This document shows positions 37,360 through 47,303 of a stretch of 64,000 bases of DNA, in pieces. Numbering within the stretch: the first letter of the stretch is position 1; each line of letters opens with the position of its first letter. The notes beneath the pieces were generated by a model. It ran no database searches, was not told the DNA's origin, and was given only the letters and a program-made list of their open reading frames with translations. A program made the translations under genes and the position numbers. This stretch comes from an uncultured Actinomycetes bacterium (GTDB lineage Bacteria > Actinomycetota > Thermoleophilia > Gaiellales > Gaiellaceae), in assembly GCA_963779505.1 (NCBI GenBank), contig CAVZYK010000017.1, forward strand, positions 108,896-172,895, given 5' to 3'.

Positions 37360-38649
37360 CTACTGCGGCGGCCGGCCGGTCGCGCGGCGCTCGACGGGCT
37401 GCTCGTCGCCGTTGCCCGACGGCTCGTAGTAGACCGACCCCTGCAGCTCCTCGGGCAGGCAGTCGACGTCGAAGCCCTCCGCGCGGTCGTGCGGGTAGAC
37501 GTAGCCCTCGCCCCGGCCGAGCTTCTTCGCGCCGGCGTAGGCCGCCGAGCGCAGCGCTGCGGGCGGGAGCAGGTGACCTCGCTCGCGCACGTCTTGCTGC
37601 GCGCGCTTGAGCGCGACGTAGGAGGCGTTCGACTTCGGCGCGCGCGCGAGGTAGACCGCGGCCTGCGCGAGGTTGAGACGCGCCTCGGGCAGCCCGACAT
37701 GCTCGACGGCGTGCGCAGCGGCGACCGCGACGAGCAGCGCCTGCGGGTCGGCGTTGCCGATGTCCTCGGAGGCGAGCACGATCATCCGCCGCACGATGAA
37801 CCGCGCGTCCTCGCCGCCCTCGAGCATCGCGGCCAGGTAGTAGACCGACGCCTGCACGTCGCTTGCGCGGGTCGCCTTGATCCACGCCGAGATGAAGTCG
37901 TAGTGCTTGTCGCCGCCCTTGTCGTAGGCGAGCGGCCGCTTGCGCGCCGCGTCGTCCACGTGGCGTTCCTCGACGTCGACACCCTCGGCGCGCGCCGTCT
38001 CGACGGTCAGCTCGAGGATGTTGAGTGCGTTCCGCGCGTCGCCGCCGGCGCGCTGGGCGATCATCTCCTCGACCTCCGGTGACACGGTCGCACCGAGCTC
38101 GGCGGCGCCGCGCTGCACGACGCCGCGCAGGGTCTCGACGGAGTGCGGCTCGAGCTCGTAGATCTGGGCGCGCGAGAGCAGCGCCGAGTTGACCTCGAAG
38201 TACGGGTTCTCGGTCGTCGCTCCGATCAGCGTCAGCAGCCCCTCCTCGACGCCGGGCAGCAGCGCATCCTGCTGCGCCTTGTTGAAGCGGTGGATCTCGT
38301 CGAGGAAGAGGATCGTCCGCCGCCCGCTCGTGCCGAGCCGCTCGCGCGCGCTCGCCAGCACCTGGCGCACGTTCGCGACGGTGGCCGAGACCGCCGAGAG
38401 CTCCTCGAACTCCGCACCCGTCGTCTGCGCGACGATGCGCGCCAGGGTCGTCTTGCCGCTGCCCGGCGGCCCGAAGAGGATCATCGACGGGACGCGGTCC
38501 TGTTCGATCGCGAGCCGCAGCGCCCGACCCGGCCCGATCACGTGCTCCTGGCCGACGAAGTCGTCGAGCGTCGTCGGCCGCAGACGCTGCGCCAGCGGCG
38601 CGGAGGCACCGAGGCGACGCCCCGCGGCCTCACTGAAGAGGTCGGTCAC
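37360..38649 (-). CDS. rarA: replication-associated recombination protein A (AAA+ ATPase)
   Basis: LRPTTLDDFVGQEH..MILFGPPGSGKTTLA..LFLDEIHRFNKAQQDALL..GATTENPYFEV..HYD.ISA. GTG 38649 was chosen inside the longer ORF 37360-39546. Confidence 0.92.
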   Translation of the reverse strand: MTDLFSEAAGRRLGASAPLAQRLRPTTLDDFVGQEHVIGPGRALRLAIEQDRVPSMILFGPPGSGKTTLARIVAQTTGAEFEELSAVSATVANVRQVLASARERLGTSGRRTILFLDEIHRFNKAQQDALLPGVEEGLLTLIGATTENPYFEVNSALLSRAQIYELEPHSVETLRGVVQRGAAELGATVSPEVEEMIAQRAGGDARNALNILELTVETARAEGVDVEERHVDDAARKRPLAYDKGGDKHYDFISAWIKATRASDVQASVYYLAAMLEGGEDARFIVRRMIVLASEDIGNADPQALLVAVAAAHAVEHVGLPEARLNLAQAAVYLARAPKSNASYVALKRAQQDVRERGHLLPPAALRSAAYAGAKKLGRGEGYVYPHDRAEGFDVDCLPEELQGSVYYEPSGNGDEQPVERRATGRPPQ

Positions 38650-38657
38650 GCTCGAAA

Positions 38658-38664
38658 GTATGCT
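38658..38664. promoter_or_regulatory. overlapping divergent -10 hexamers (plus TATGCT 38659-38664, minus CATACT on 38658-38663)
   Basis: The spacer between start codons 38649 (minus) and 38674 (plus) is 24 nt. The hexamers lie 7 nt and 9 nt from their start codons. Confidence 0.45.
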
Positions 38665-38673
38665 CTCACGAAC

Positions 38674-39429
38674 GTGAGTGAGGTCTGGAGTGTCGGGTCG
38701 TACGAGCGGATCGCGGCGCGGTTCGCCCCCGTGCAGGACGAGCTCGTCGAGCGGCTGCGCGTCCGGCCGGGCGACCGGGTGCTCGATCTCGCGACCGGCA
38801 CCGGCGAGGTGGCGATTCGAGCCGCGGGCGCCGGTGGCGACGTGACGGCGATCGACATTGCGGAGCCGATGCTCGAGAAGGCGCGCCGGCGCGCGCAGGA
38901 GGCAGGCGCAAACGTCAAGTTCGACCTGGGCGACGTCGAGTACCTGCCGTACGAGGACGCGTGCTTCGACGTCCTGCTCTCGAACTTCGGCCTCGTCTTC
39001 GCGCCCGACCACGCCAACGTCGCTGCGGAGCTCGCGCGCGTCACGTGCAGCGGCGGTCGCGTCGGCTTCACCGCCTGGAAGCCGAACTCGAAGCTCGGCG
39101 AGCTCTATCGCCGGTTCACGGACGAGCCGATCGAGGGGCGTGAAGCCTACGAGTGGGGCCGCGAGGATCACGTCGAGGCGATGCTCGGCGAGGACTTCGA
39201 GCTCGAGTTCGAGGACGGCACGCTCTGGATCGAGGCCGACTCCGGCGAGGAGATCTGGCAGCTCTTCTCCGAGTCCGCGCCGCCCGTCGTGACGCTGCTG
39301 GGGCGGCTCGACGACGAGCAGAAGGAGGCGTTCCACCAGGCGTTCGTCGAGTTGCAGGAGACCTACCGGACGGACGAGGTCGTGCGCGTCCCGCGCCGCT
39401 ACCTGCTCGTCCTCGGAAGGAGGAAGTGA
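38674..39429 (+). CDS. class I SAM-dependent methyltransferase
   Basis: VLDLATGTGEVAI (motif I) and ..FDVLLSNFGLVFAPD..GGRVGFTAW. Confidence 0.85.
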   Translation: MSEVWSVGSYERIAARFAPVQDELVERLRVRPGDRVLDLATGTGEVAIRAAGAGGDVTAIDIAEPMLEKARRRAQEAGANVKFDLGDVEYLPYEDACFDVLLSNFGLVFAPDHANVAAELARVTCSGGRVGFTAWKPNSKLGELYRRFTDEPIEGREAYEWGREDHVEAMLGEDFELEFEDGTLWIEADSGEEIWQLFSESAPPVVTLLGRLDDEQKEAFHQAFVELQETYRTDEVVRVPRRYLLVLGRRK

Positions 39430-40207
39430 TGGCGTTCGAGGAGCTGAAGGCGCGGCAGAGCGTGATGTGGGGGAACGGCCCGTTCGACCGGATCGCCGCG
39501 TCGATCGAGGACTTGCACGAATCGGTCGCGGACGCGCTGGCTCCACGCCCGGGCGAGCGGGCGCTCGACCTCGGCTGTGGCACGGGCCGCGTCGCGGAGC
39601 TGATGGCGCCGTCCGGTGCGACCGTCGTCGGCATCGACCTGGCGCCCGGACTGATCGAGACCGCGAAGGAGCGGGCGGCCGAGCGCGGGCTCGACATCGA
39701 CTATCGCGTCGGCGACTGCGAGCAGCTCGAGGATCCCGATGCGTCGTACGACGCGGTCGGCTCCTCGGTCGGGATCATGTTCGCCCCCGACCACCAGGCC
39801 GCAGCGTCGGAGCTCGCGCGGATCACGAAGCCCGGCGGCCGGATCGCGCTCGCGAACTGGACGCCCGGCGCGGCGGTGTGCAGGATCTCTTCAAGGTCAT
39901 GCTCCCGTTCCAGCCCGCGCCGCCGCCCTCGAGCCCGTTCGACTGGGGCGACGAGGCGAAGGTCCGCGCGCTCCTCGGAGACGCATTCGACCTGACGTTC
40001 GACACGAGGATGAACACCGTCACCTACGACTCGGTCGAGGACTACTGGCAGGACTTCTCGCAGAACTACGGCCCGACCAGGTCGCTCTACGAGTCTCTCG
40101 GTGACCGCGGCGAGGAGATGCACCAGGCGTGGCTGGACGCGTTCGGCGACGCAAGCCCGTATACGCAGGAGCGTCCCTACCTCCTCGTGACCGGCCGCCG
40201 GCGTTGA
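39429..40207 (+). pseudogene. class I SAM-dependent methyltransferase (paralog of the upstream gene), one -1 frame break near 39870
   Basis: MAFEELKARQSVMWGNGPFD..ALDLGCGTGRVAE..GGRIALANWTPG, then the C-terminus (GVQDLFKVMLPFQPAPPPSSPFDWGDE..YLLVTGRR) in the frame of ORF 39467-40207. Confidence 0.75.
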
Positions 40208-41484
40208 CGGAGGTCGTCGATCTCCTCCAGCGGCTGATCCGGGTCGACACGACGAACCCGCCCGGCAACGAGACCGCGGCGGCCGAGCTGCTCCGCGACT
40301 ACCTCGAGGCGGCGGGCGTCGCCTGCGAGCTGTACGCGAAGGTGCCCGAGCGCGCGAACCTCGTCGCGCGCATCCCGGGCCGCGGCGGCGGGCCGTCGCT
40401 CGCGCTGCTCTCGCACACCGACGTCGTGCTCGCCGATGCGCGCGAATGGCAGCGCGAGCCGTTCGGCGCGGAGCTGGTCGACGGCGAGGTCTGGGGCCGC
40501 GGCGCGCTCGACATGAAGGGCGAGGTCGCGGCCAGCGCCGTCGCGCTGGCAACGCTCGCGCGCGAAGGCTGGCGCGGCGAGGGCGACCTGATCTTCATCG
40601 CCGCAGCCGACGAGGAGGTCGGCGACGGCTTCGGCCTGCAGTGGCTCGTCGACGCTCACCCGGATGCGGTCCGCGCCGACTTCTCGGTCAACGAGGGCGC
40701 CGGCGACCGCGTCGAGCTCGGCGGCAAGGTGCTCTACCTCTGTTCGACCGCGGAGAAGATGAGCTCCCCGTTCATGCTGCGCGTGCACGGGCGCAGCGGC
40801 CACGCGTCGATGCCGGGGATCGCCGACAACGCGCTCGCGAAGGCGGCACCGCTCGTCGAGCGGCTCGGGTCGTTCTCGGTCGAGCCGCGGCTGATCCCTG
40901 AGGTCGAAGGCTTTCTGCATGCGCTGCTCGGCGACGTGCCGCCGGCGCCCGACGCGCTGACCGCGGCCCGCGCGATCGCGCCGCTCGCCGGCGAGCTGAT
41001 CGAGCCGCTGCTCGGCATGACGTGCGCGCCGACGATGGCGCATGCCTCCGACAAGCGCAACGTGATCCCGGCGCTCTGCGAGATCACGGTCGACACGCGG
41101 CTCCTGCCGGGTCAGACGCCGGCGGAGGCCGAGGCGACGATCCGGGCGTACCTCGGCGAGGGCGACTACGAGCTCGTCAACCTCGAGCGCCAGGGCGGCA
41201 CCCGCTCGCAGATCGGCGGCCCGCTCTGGGACGCGGTGCAGTCGTTCGTCGAGGCGGAGGAGCCCGGAGCGGTCGCGGCGCCCATCTGCGTCGCGGGCTT
41301 CACCGACTCGCACTGGTTGCGGCAGGCGTTCGACACGGTCGCGTACGGCTTCTTCCCGGCGCGTGCGATGGACTCGGAGACCGCCGCCCGCCTCATCCAC
41401 TCGGCGGACGAGCGCGTCCCCGTCGAGGACCTCGAGCTCGGCGTGCGCTGGCTGCGCCACGCCGCGCAGTCCGTCTGCGGGTAG
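40204..41484 (+). CDS. M20 family metallopeptidase (dipeptidase/desuccinylase-like)
   Basis: LIRVDTTNPPGNE..LLSHTDVV..WGRGALDMKG. The proposed start is TTG 40204, which overlaps the upstream stop. Confidence 0.82.
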   Translation: MTEVVDLLQRLIRVDTTNPPGNETAAAELLRDYLEAAGVACELYAKVPERANLVARIPGRGGGPSLALLSHTDVVLADAREWQREPFGAELVDGEVWGRGALDMKGEVAASAVALATLAREGWRGEGDLIFIAAADEEVGDGFGLQWLVDAHPDAVRADFSVNEGAGDRVELGGKVLYLCSTAEKMSSPFMLRVHGRSGHASMPGIADNALAKAAPLVERLGSFSVEPRLIPEVEGFLHALLGDVPPAPDALTAARAIAPLAGELIEPLLGMTCAPTMAHASDKRNVIPALCEITVDTRLLPGQTPAEAEATIRAYLGEGDYELVNLERQGGTRSQIGGPLWDAVQSFVEAEEPGAVAAPICVAGFTDSHWLRQAFDTVAYGFFPARAMDSETAARLIHSADERVPVEDLELGVRWLRHAAQSVCG

Positions 41485-41486
41485 CG

Positions 41487-42498
41487 ATGCTCGAGCTCTA
41501 CGAGCCGGCGGGCGCATTCGAACAGCTCGCCGAGTACGTCGCCGCAGCCGGCTGCGACGTCGACGTCTTCCTCGCGTACGGCCTCTCGGAGCTCCCTCCG
41601 CCGCGACGACACCCCGGCCCCGGCGGAGCCGTGCCGGCTGCCGCTGCTGGCAGCCCAACCGACCAGCGCTTGTGTGGACTCCACACAAAGTGGGTTCAGC
41701 GCCGGTGAGTGGGTGCCGACCTGGGCTGCCGCCGACTACGCGGCGGCGATCGACGCGGTGCGCGATGCGATCGCGCGCGGCGACGTCTACCAGGTGAACC
41801 TCGTGCAGCACCTGAGCGCGCCGTTCCGCGGCGACCCGCACGCGCTCGTGCCCGCGCTCGCCGGGCTGCGGCCGCTGCACGGCCGCGCGTTGACGGGCGA
41901 CGGCTGGGCGATCGTCTCCGCCTCGCCGGAGCTCTTCCTCGCGCGGCGCGGCGACCTGCTCGTCACGCGGCCGATCAAGGGCACGCGTCCGCTGGGCGAG
42001 GACGTCGACGACGAGAAGGACGCCGCCGAGCACATGATGATCGTCGACCTCGAGCGCAACGACCTCTCCCGCGTCTGCGAGCCCGGCACGGTGCGCTGGC
42101 CGGAGCTGATGCGCCAGCGCGAGCTCGCCGGCGTGACGCACCTCGAGTCGACCGTCGAGGGGCGGCTCCGCCCGGGGACGGGCCTCGCCGAGATCCTGCA
42201 CGCGACGTTCCCCGGCGGCTCGATCACCGGCGCTCCGAAGATCTCCGCGATCGACCACATCGCGCGGCTGGAGCCGGTCGGGCGCGGCGCCTCGATGGGC
42301 GCGATCGGGACGATCCACGCGAACGGCGACTTCGAGCTCGCGCTGACGATCCGCACCTTCGCGGTCGCCGACGGGCGCGCGCATCTCTGGGTGGGCGGCG
42401 GGATCGTCTGGGACTCCGAGCCCGAGCAGGAGGTCGAGGAGTCGTGGGTCAAGGCGCGACCGCTGCTCGCTGCCGTCGGCGGGCTCGTCCCCGCGTGA
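41487..42498 (+). pseudogene. pabB: aminodeoxychorismate synthase component I-like chorismate-binding enzyme, one +1 frame break somewhere in 41590-41700
   Basis: The N-terminal part MLELYEPAGAFEQLAEY..VFLAYGLSE is in one frame. The remainder is in the frame of ORF 41674 (IARGDVYQVNL..SASPELF..RPIKGTRP..EHMMIVDLERND..FPGGSITGAPK..WVGGGIVWDSEPE). Confidence 0.8.
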
Positions 42499-43278
42499 AG
42501 CTGCTCGCGCTCGCCGTCGCCGGGCGCGGTCTCGTCGACCCGGCCGAGCCGGTCTTCCGCGCCGACGACGAGGCGCTCCTGCGCGGCGCCGCTGCCTTCG
42601 AGACCCTGCGCGTCTACGGCGGCAAGCCGTTCTTGCTCGAGCGGCATCTCGAGCGGCTGCACGCCTCCTGTCGACGCGCTCGGGCTGTCGGCGCCGGACG
42701 GCGCAGGCGAGCTCGCCCAGCTCGTTGCCGCGGCCGCGCCGCCCGACCACGTGCTGCGGCTCTACCGGACGGAGAGCGCGCTCGTCGCGTCCGCCGCGGA
42801 GCTGCCGCCCGGCCTGGAGGACGAACGGGCCCGAGGGATCTCGCTGCGGTCGATCGAGGCTCCCGTCCCGGATCTGCTCGCAGGGGTCAAGGCGACGAGC
42901 TACGCCCTCTCCTTCGCCGCGCGCCAGGCTGCGGAGGACGCCGGCGCGGACGATGCGCTGCTCGTGGCCGGCGGCATCGTCCGCGAGACCGCGACGGCCA
43001 ACGTCTGGTGGCACGTCGACGGCGAGCTCTATACCCCGGCCGCCGGCCCGGGCGTGCTCCCCGGCGTCACGCGCGCCCTTGCGCTCGAGCTCGCGCCCGC
43101 CCGGACGGGGCGGCTGCCGCTCGCCGAGCTGGCGCGCGCCGACGAGGCGTTCACGACGTCGTCGATTCGCGAGGTGATGCCGGTCGTCGAGCTCGACGGC
43201 ACGGCGATCGGCGACGGCCGCCCGGGCCCGGCGGCGGCACGGCTGCAGGCCCTCCTGCGGCTACGCTCTTCCCGGTGA
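42495..43278 (+). pseudogene. pabC: class IV aminotransferase / aminodeoxychorismate lyase-like, one +1 frame break near 42668
   Basis: VKLLALAVAGRGLVDP..LLRGAAAFETLRVYGGKPFLLERHLERLHAS, then VDALGLSAPDG..LRLYRTE..VKATSYA..ETATANVWW..GVLPGVTR..EAFTTSSIREVMPVVELDG in the next frame. Confidence 0.75.
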
Positions 43279-44058
43279 CCGAGAAGATCCGGCTCGGCGG
43301 CATGGCGCTCGCGAACGGCGTGCTCGTGCACGGCCCGACTGCCTGGGCGTGCGCGGTCCGTACGGACGACGGCGAGCTGAAGGTCGTCGCGCGCCGCAAG
43401 CGGCTCCAGCGCGTCGCAGGTGCGAAACCCGATCCTGCGCGGCCCTGCGCGGATCGCCGAGGCGCTCGGGCTCCTGCCGCAGGTCAAGCGCGCGCTGCCC
43501 GAGGCGCAGCTCCCGATGCAGAGCCGCGGCGTGCTGGCCGCGATGCTCGGCAGTGCCGTCGTCCTGCAGGCCATCCGTCGCACGACGCTCCGTCCCGTCA
43601 CCCGCGAGCTGCTCGCCGGAGCGCTCTCGCTCGCGCCCGCGGCGTTCGCGCTGCGCGGCGGCGAGCTCGCCGAGTACCACGGCGCCGAGCACATCTCGAT
43701 CGGGACCTACGAGCACGGCGAGGCGCGGCCGAAGGAGCACGAGCGCTGCGGCTCACATCTCGTCGGCCCGATGCTGTTGACGACGGCCGCCGGCAACATC
43801 CTCGTCGAGCAGGTGCCGGCACGGCACCGTCCCGCCGCGAAGCTCGCAGCGACCGTCGGCGCCCTCGCGGCCTCGACGGAGATCTTCGGCTGGATGACCC
43901 GGCACCCACGCCAACCGCTCGCGCGCGCCCTCGCCCTGCCGGGCCACGAGCTGCAGCACCGGCTCGGCACACGCGAGCCGAGCGCCGACCAGCTCGAGGT
44001 CGCGGACGCCGCGCTGCGCGCCTGCGTCGCACTCGAAGAAGAGGCGCGCGCGGCGTGA
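43275..44058 (+). pseudogene. DUF1385 domain-containing protein, one +1 frame break near 43418
   Basis: VTEKIRLGGMALANGVLVHGPTAWACAVR, then the frame of ORF 43420 (..LAEYHGAEHISIG..RCGSHLVGPML), which carries the DUF1385 HGAEH signature. Confidence 0.7.
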
Positions 44059-45132
44059 TCACGACACGGAGGCGTCTCGAGCCGTCGATCTTCGACCTGC
44101 CGGTCGACAAGATGCGCGCCGGCTACTACACCGACGCGTACTTCAACCACACGCGCTCGACGCTGCTGCGGGACGGCAGACGCCCGCAGGTCGTGCTGCA
44201 GGTGTTCCAGAAGAAGGACGCCTACCTCGGCGGGATGGACGAGGCGATCGCGATCCTCAAGCTCTGCGCGGACGACTGGGACGCGCTGACGGTGCACGCG
44301 CTCTACGACGGCGACCTGATCACGCCCTACGAGACGGTGCTGACGATCGAAGGCGACTACACGACCTTCGCGCATCTCGAGACTCTCTACCTCGGCACGC
44401 TCGCGCGGCGCACGCTGATCACGACCAACGTCGTGCACGTGCTCGAAGCCGCGAACGGCAAGCCGATCATCTTCATGCCGGCCCGCCACGACCACCACCG
44501 CGTGCAGACCGGCGACGGCTACGCGGCGTACGTCGCGGGACAGGTGGTCGGCGCGCCGATCGGCGTCACGACCGACGAGCAGGCGTCGTGGTGGGGCGGC
44601 TCCGGGCTCGGAACGGTGCCGCACGCGCTGATCGCCGCGTACGGCGGCGACACCGTCGCCGCCGCGCGGCACTTCGCCGACTGGGCGCCCGACGGACATG
44701 AACGTGACGGTGCTCGTCGACTTCGAGAACGACTCGGTGCGCACGGCGCTCGACGTCGCGCGCGCGCTCGGCCCGCGGCTCTGGGGCGTGCGGCTCGACA
44801 CGTCGGAAGCGCTCGTCGACCGCTCGCTCTGGGAGGAGCTCGGCGACTTCCGTCCCACCGGCGTCAATCCGCGGCTCGTCCACAAGGTGCGCGACGCGCT
44901 CGACGCGTCGGGCTTCGACGCGGTGAAGATCGTCGTCTCCGGCGGCTTCACGGTCGACAAGATCCGCGAGTTCGAGGCCGACGACGTGCCCGTCGACGCG
45001 TACGGCGTCGGCTCGTCGCTGATCCGCGGCTCGAACGACTTCACCGGCGACATCGTGATCACCGACGGGCGTCCGTCCGCGAAGTTCGGCCGGCGCATGC
45101 GTCCGAACCCGCGCCTCGAACGCGTCGCGTGA
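44055..45132 (+). pseudogene. nicotinate phosphoribosyltransferase family protein, one +1 frame break near 44692
   Basis: FDLPVDKMRAGYYTDAYFNHTRSTL..LYLGTLARRT..FMPARHDHH..GLGTVPHALIAAYGG, then MNVTVLVDFENDSV..GVRLDTS..KIVVSGGF in the frame of ORF 44698. Confidence 0.75.
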
Positions 45133-45740
45133 CCAAGAAGCTGTTGTGGGACGTCGACACGCAGGTCGACTTCGTGCACGCCGACGGGAAGCTGGCGGTC
45201 CCGGCCGCGATGGAGGCCGTACCGGCGATGCAGCGCCTCGTCGCCGCAGCGCGCGAGGCAGGCATTCCGCACGTCGCCTCGGCTGACGATCACGAGCTGA
45301 CGGATACCGAGATCTCGGAGACCCCCGACTTCGAGACGACGTATCCGCCGCACTGCCTGCGCGGCACGAACGGCGCCGCCAAGATCGCCGAGACGAGCCA
45401 GGCCGATCCGGTGCCGCTCGCGCTGACGGTCGTGCCGGAGCACTGGCTGCGAGGCCGCGAGTTCCTGCTGCTGAAGAAGAGCTTCGACGTGTTCACCAAC
45501 CCGAACGCCGACGTGCTGCTCGGCCGCCTCGACCCCGAGGAGATCGTGCTCTTCGGCGTCGCGACCGACGTCTGCAACGACGCCGCGATTCGCGGCCTCC
45601 TGGCGCGCGGCCGGAGCGTCACGTTCGTCGAGGAGGCCTCTCGTGGCCTGGACGAGGGCCGCACGGCCCGCTGTGTCGCCGCCTGGCGTGACGGCGGCGT
45701 CCGCTTCGCCTCTGTGGACGAGGTGCTGGCGGAGCTTTAG
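45129..45740 (+). CDS. isochorismatase-family cysteine hydrolase (nicotinamidase-like)
   Basis: LLWDVDTQVDFV..YPPHCLRGTNGA..LLKKSFDVF..IVLFGVATDVCN. Confidence 0.8.
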   Translation: MTKKLLWDVDTQVDFVHADGKLAVPAAMEAVPAMQRLVAAAREAGIPHVASADDHELTDTEISETPDFETTYPPHCLRGTNGAAKIAETSQADPVPLALTVVPEHWLRGREFLLLKKSFDVFTNPNADVLLGRLDPEEIVLFGVATDVCNDAAIRGLLARGRSVTFVEEASRGLDEGRTARCVAAWRDGGVRFASVDEVLAEL

Positions 45741-45770
45741 GTTCCGCAGCAGCCTGCCGATGGGAGACTG

Positions 45771-47294
45771 ATGGTCGCCGCATTCGACTTCGGACAGTTC
45801 ATGTCGGACTTCGCCCTGACGTGGATCCCGGTCCTCTTCTTCTTCCTGATGTGCATCGTCGTCTACCTCCTCTGGAAGACGGTCAAGCTGATGCCGCGCG
45901 TGAAGCCGATGGAGATCACTCCCGGCTCCGCGTCCTCGGTCACCTGGTCGGATGTGGCCGGGCTCGACGAGGCGAAGGAAGAGCTGCAGGAGATCGTCGA
46001 CTTCCTCCGCGACCCGCAGAAGTTCGAGTCGCTCGGCGCGCGTGTCCCGAAGGGGATCCTCTTCCACGGGCCTCCCGGCACCGGCAAGACGCTCGCCGCG
46101 AAGGCCGTCGCGCACGAGTCCGGCGCGCGGTTCTACGCGCAGAGCGCCTCGGCGTTCGTCGAGATGTTCGCCGGCCTCGGTGCCGCACGCATCCGCAAGC
46201 TCTTCGAGGAAGCACGCAAGAACGCGCCGGCGATCGTCTTCATCGACGAGCTCGACGCCGTCGGCCAGGCGCGCAGCGGCCACTCGTTCAACCGCGAGCA
46301 GGATCAGACGCTCAACCAGCTGCTCGTCGAGCTCGACGGCTTCGGCCCGCGCGACCAGGTCGTCGTCATGGCCGCGTCCAACCGCCTCCAGGATCTCGAC
46401 CAGGCGCTGCTGCGCCCCGGCCGGTTCGACCGGCAGATCCTGATCCAGCCGCCCGACCTCAAGGGCCGCAAGGAGATTCTCTTCGTGCACACGCGGGGCA
46501 AGCCGCTCGCCGAGGACGTCGACCTCGACGGCGTCGCGCGGCAGACCGCCGGCCTGACGGGCGCCGACCTGGCGAACATCTGCAACGAGGCTGCGATCGG
46601 CGCCGGGCGCCGCGGCAGCCACGAGCTCGCGATGGAGGACTTCGACTACGCGCTCGAGCGTGTCGTCGCCGGCCTGCAGCAGCGGCGCGTCGTCACGGAC
46701 AAGGAGAAGCGCATCCTGGCCTACCACGAAGGCGGCCACGCGCTCGTCTCGCACCTCGTCGGCAACGAGCCGCAGAAGGCGACGATCATCGCCCGCGGCA
46801 CGGCGCTCGGCTACGTGCTCCACCTCCCCGAGGAGGAGCGCTACCTCGAGACGAAGGAAGAGCTGTCCGACTGGATGGTGATGGCCCTCGCGGGACGCGC
46901 CGCCGAGGAGCTCGTCTTCGGCCGCGTCACGAACGGTGCCGCCAACGACCTCGAGAAGGTGACGCAGATCGCGCGCGCGATGGTCTTCGAGTGGGGCATG
47001 GGCGAGTCGGTCACGTCGCGCACGATGCGCGCCGACAACTACGCGCTCTCCGAGGAGACGAAGAAGCTCCGCGACACCGAGCAGGCACGGCTCACGGATT
47101 TCGCGTACACCGAGGCGGTCCGGCTGCTCTCGCAGCACCGCGTCGCGCTCGACCGCGTCGCGGCGGCGCTGCTCGAGCACGAGACGCTGTCGCGCGAGGA
47201 GCTCGTCGAGCTCTTCGTCGGCGTCGAGCCCGACTCGCAGTCCTCCGACTCCGTCGGAGTCGTGCGGGCGCTCGGCGCAGACCCCACGGGGTAG
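45771..47294 (+). CDS. short FtsH-like AAA+ zinc metalloprotease with a single N-terminal TM helix
   Basis: Walker A GPPGTGKT, Walker B IVFIDELD, second region of homology (LLRPGRFDR), zinc motif HEGGH. Only one hydrophobic helix (LTWIPVLFFFLMCIVVYLLW) precedes the AAA module. SD GGGAGA lies upstream. Confidence 0.9.
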   Translation: MVAAFDFGQFMSDFALTWIPVLFFFLMCIVVYLLWKTVKLMPRVKPMEITPGSASSVTWSDVAGLDEAKEELQEIVDFLRDPQKFESLGARVPKGILFHGPPGTGKTLAAKAVAHESGARFYAQSASAFVEMFAGLGAARIRKLFEEARKNAPAIVFIDELDAVGQARSGHSFNREQDQTLNQLLVELDGFGPRDQVVVMAASNRLQDLDQALLRPGRFDRQILIQPPDLKGRKEILFVHTRGKPLAEDVDLDGVARQTAGLTGADLANICNEAAIGAGRRGSHELAMEDFDYALERVVAGLQQRRVVTDKEKRILAYHEGGHALVSHLVGNEPQKATIIARGTALGYVLHLPEEERYLETKEELSDWMVMALAGRAAEELVFGRVTNGAANDLEKVTQIARAMVFEWGMGESVTSRTMRADNYALSEETKKLRDTEQARLTDFAYTEAVRLLSQHRVALDRVAAALLEHETLSREELVELFVGVEPDSQSSDSVGVVRALGADPTG

Positions 47295-47303
47295 GCTCGC
47301 GGC

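Noticed and set aside
41709-45740. 1343-aa ORF on the plus strand (also 40177-43014 and 43707-47180 on the minus strand)
   Set aside because: Only short stretches of the plus-strand ORF coincide with real genes (the starts of pabC, DUF1385 and NAPRT, and the nicotinamidase). The rest is Arg/Pro/Ala-rich out-of-frame read-through. The minus-strand ORFs are antisense artefacts.
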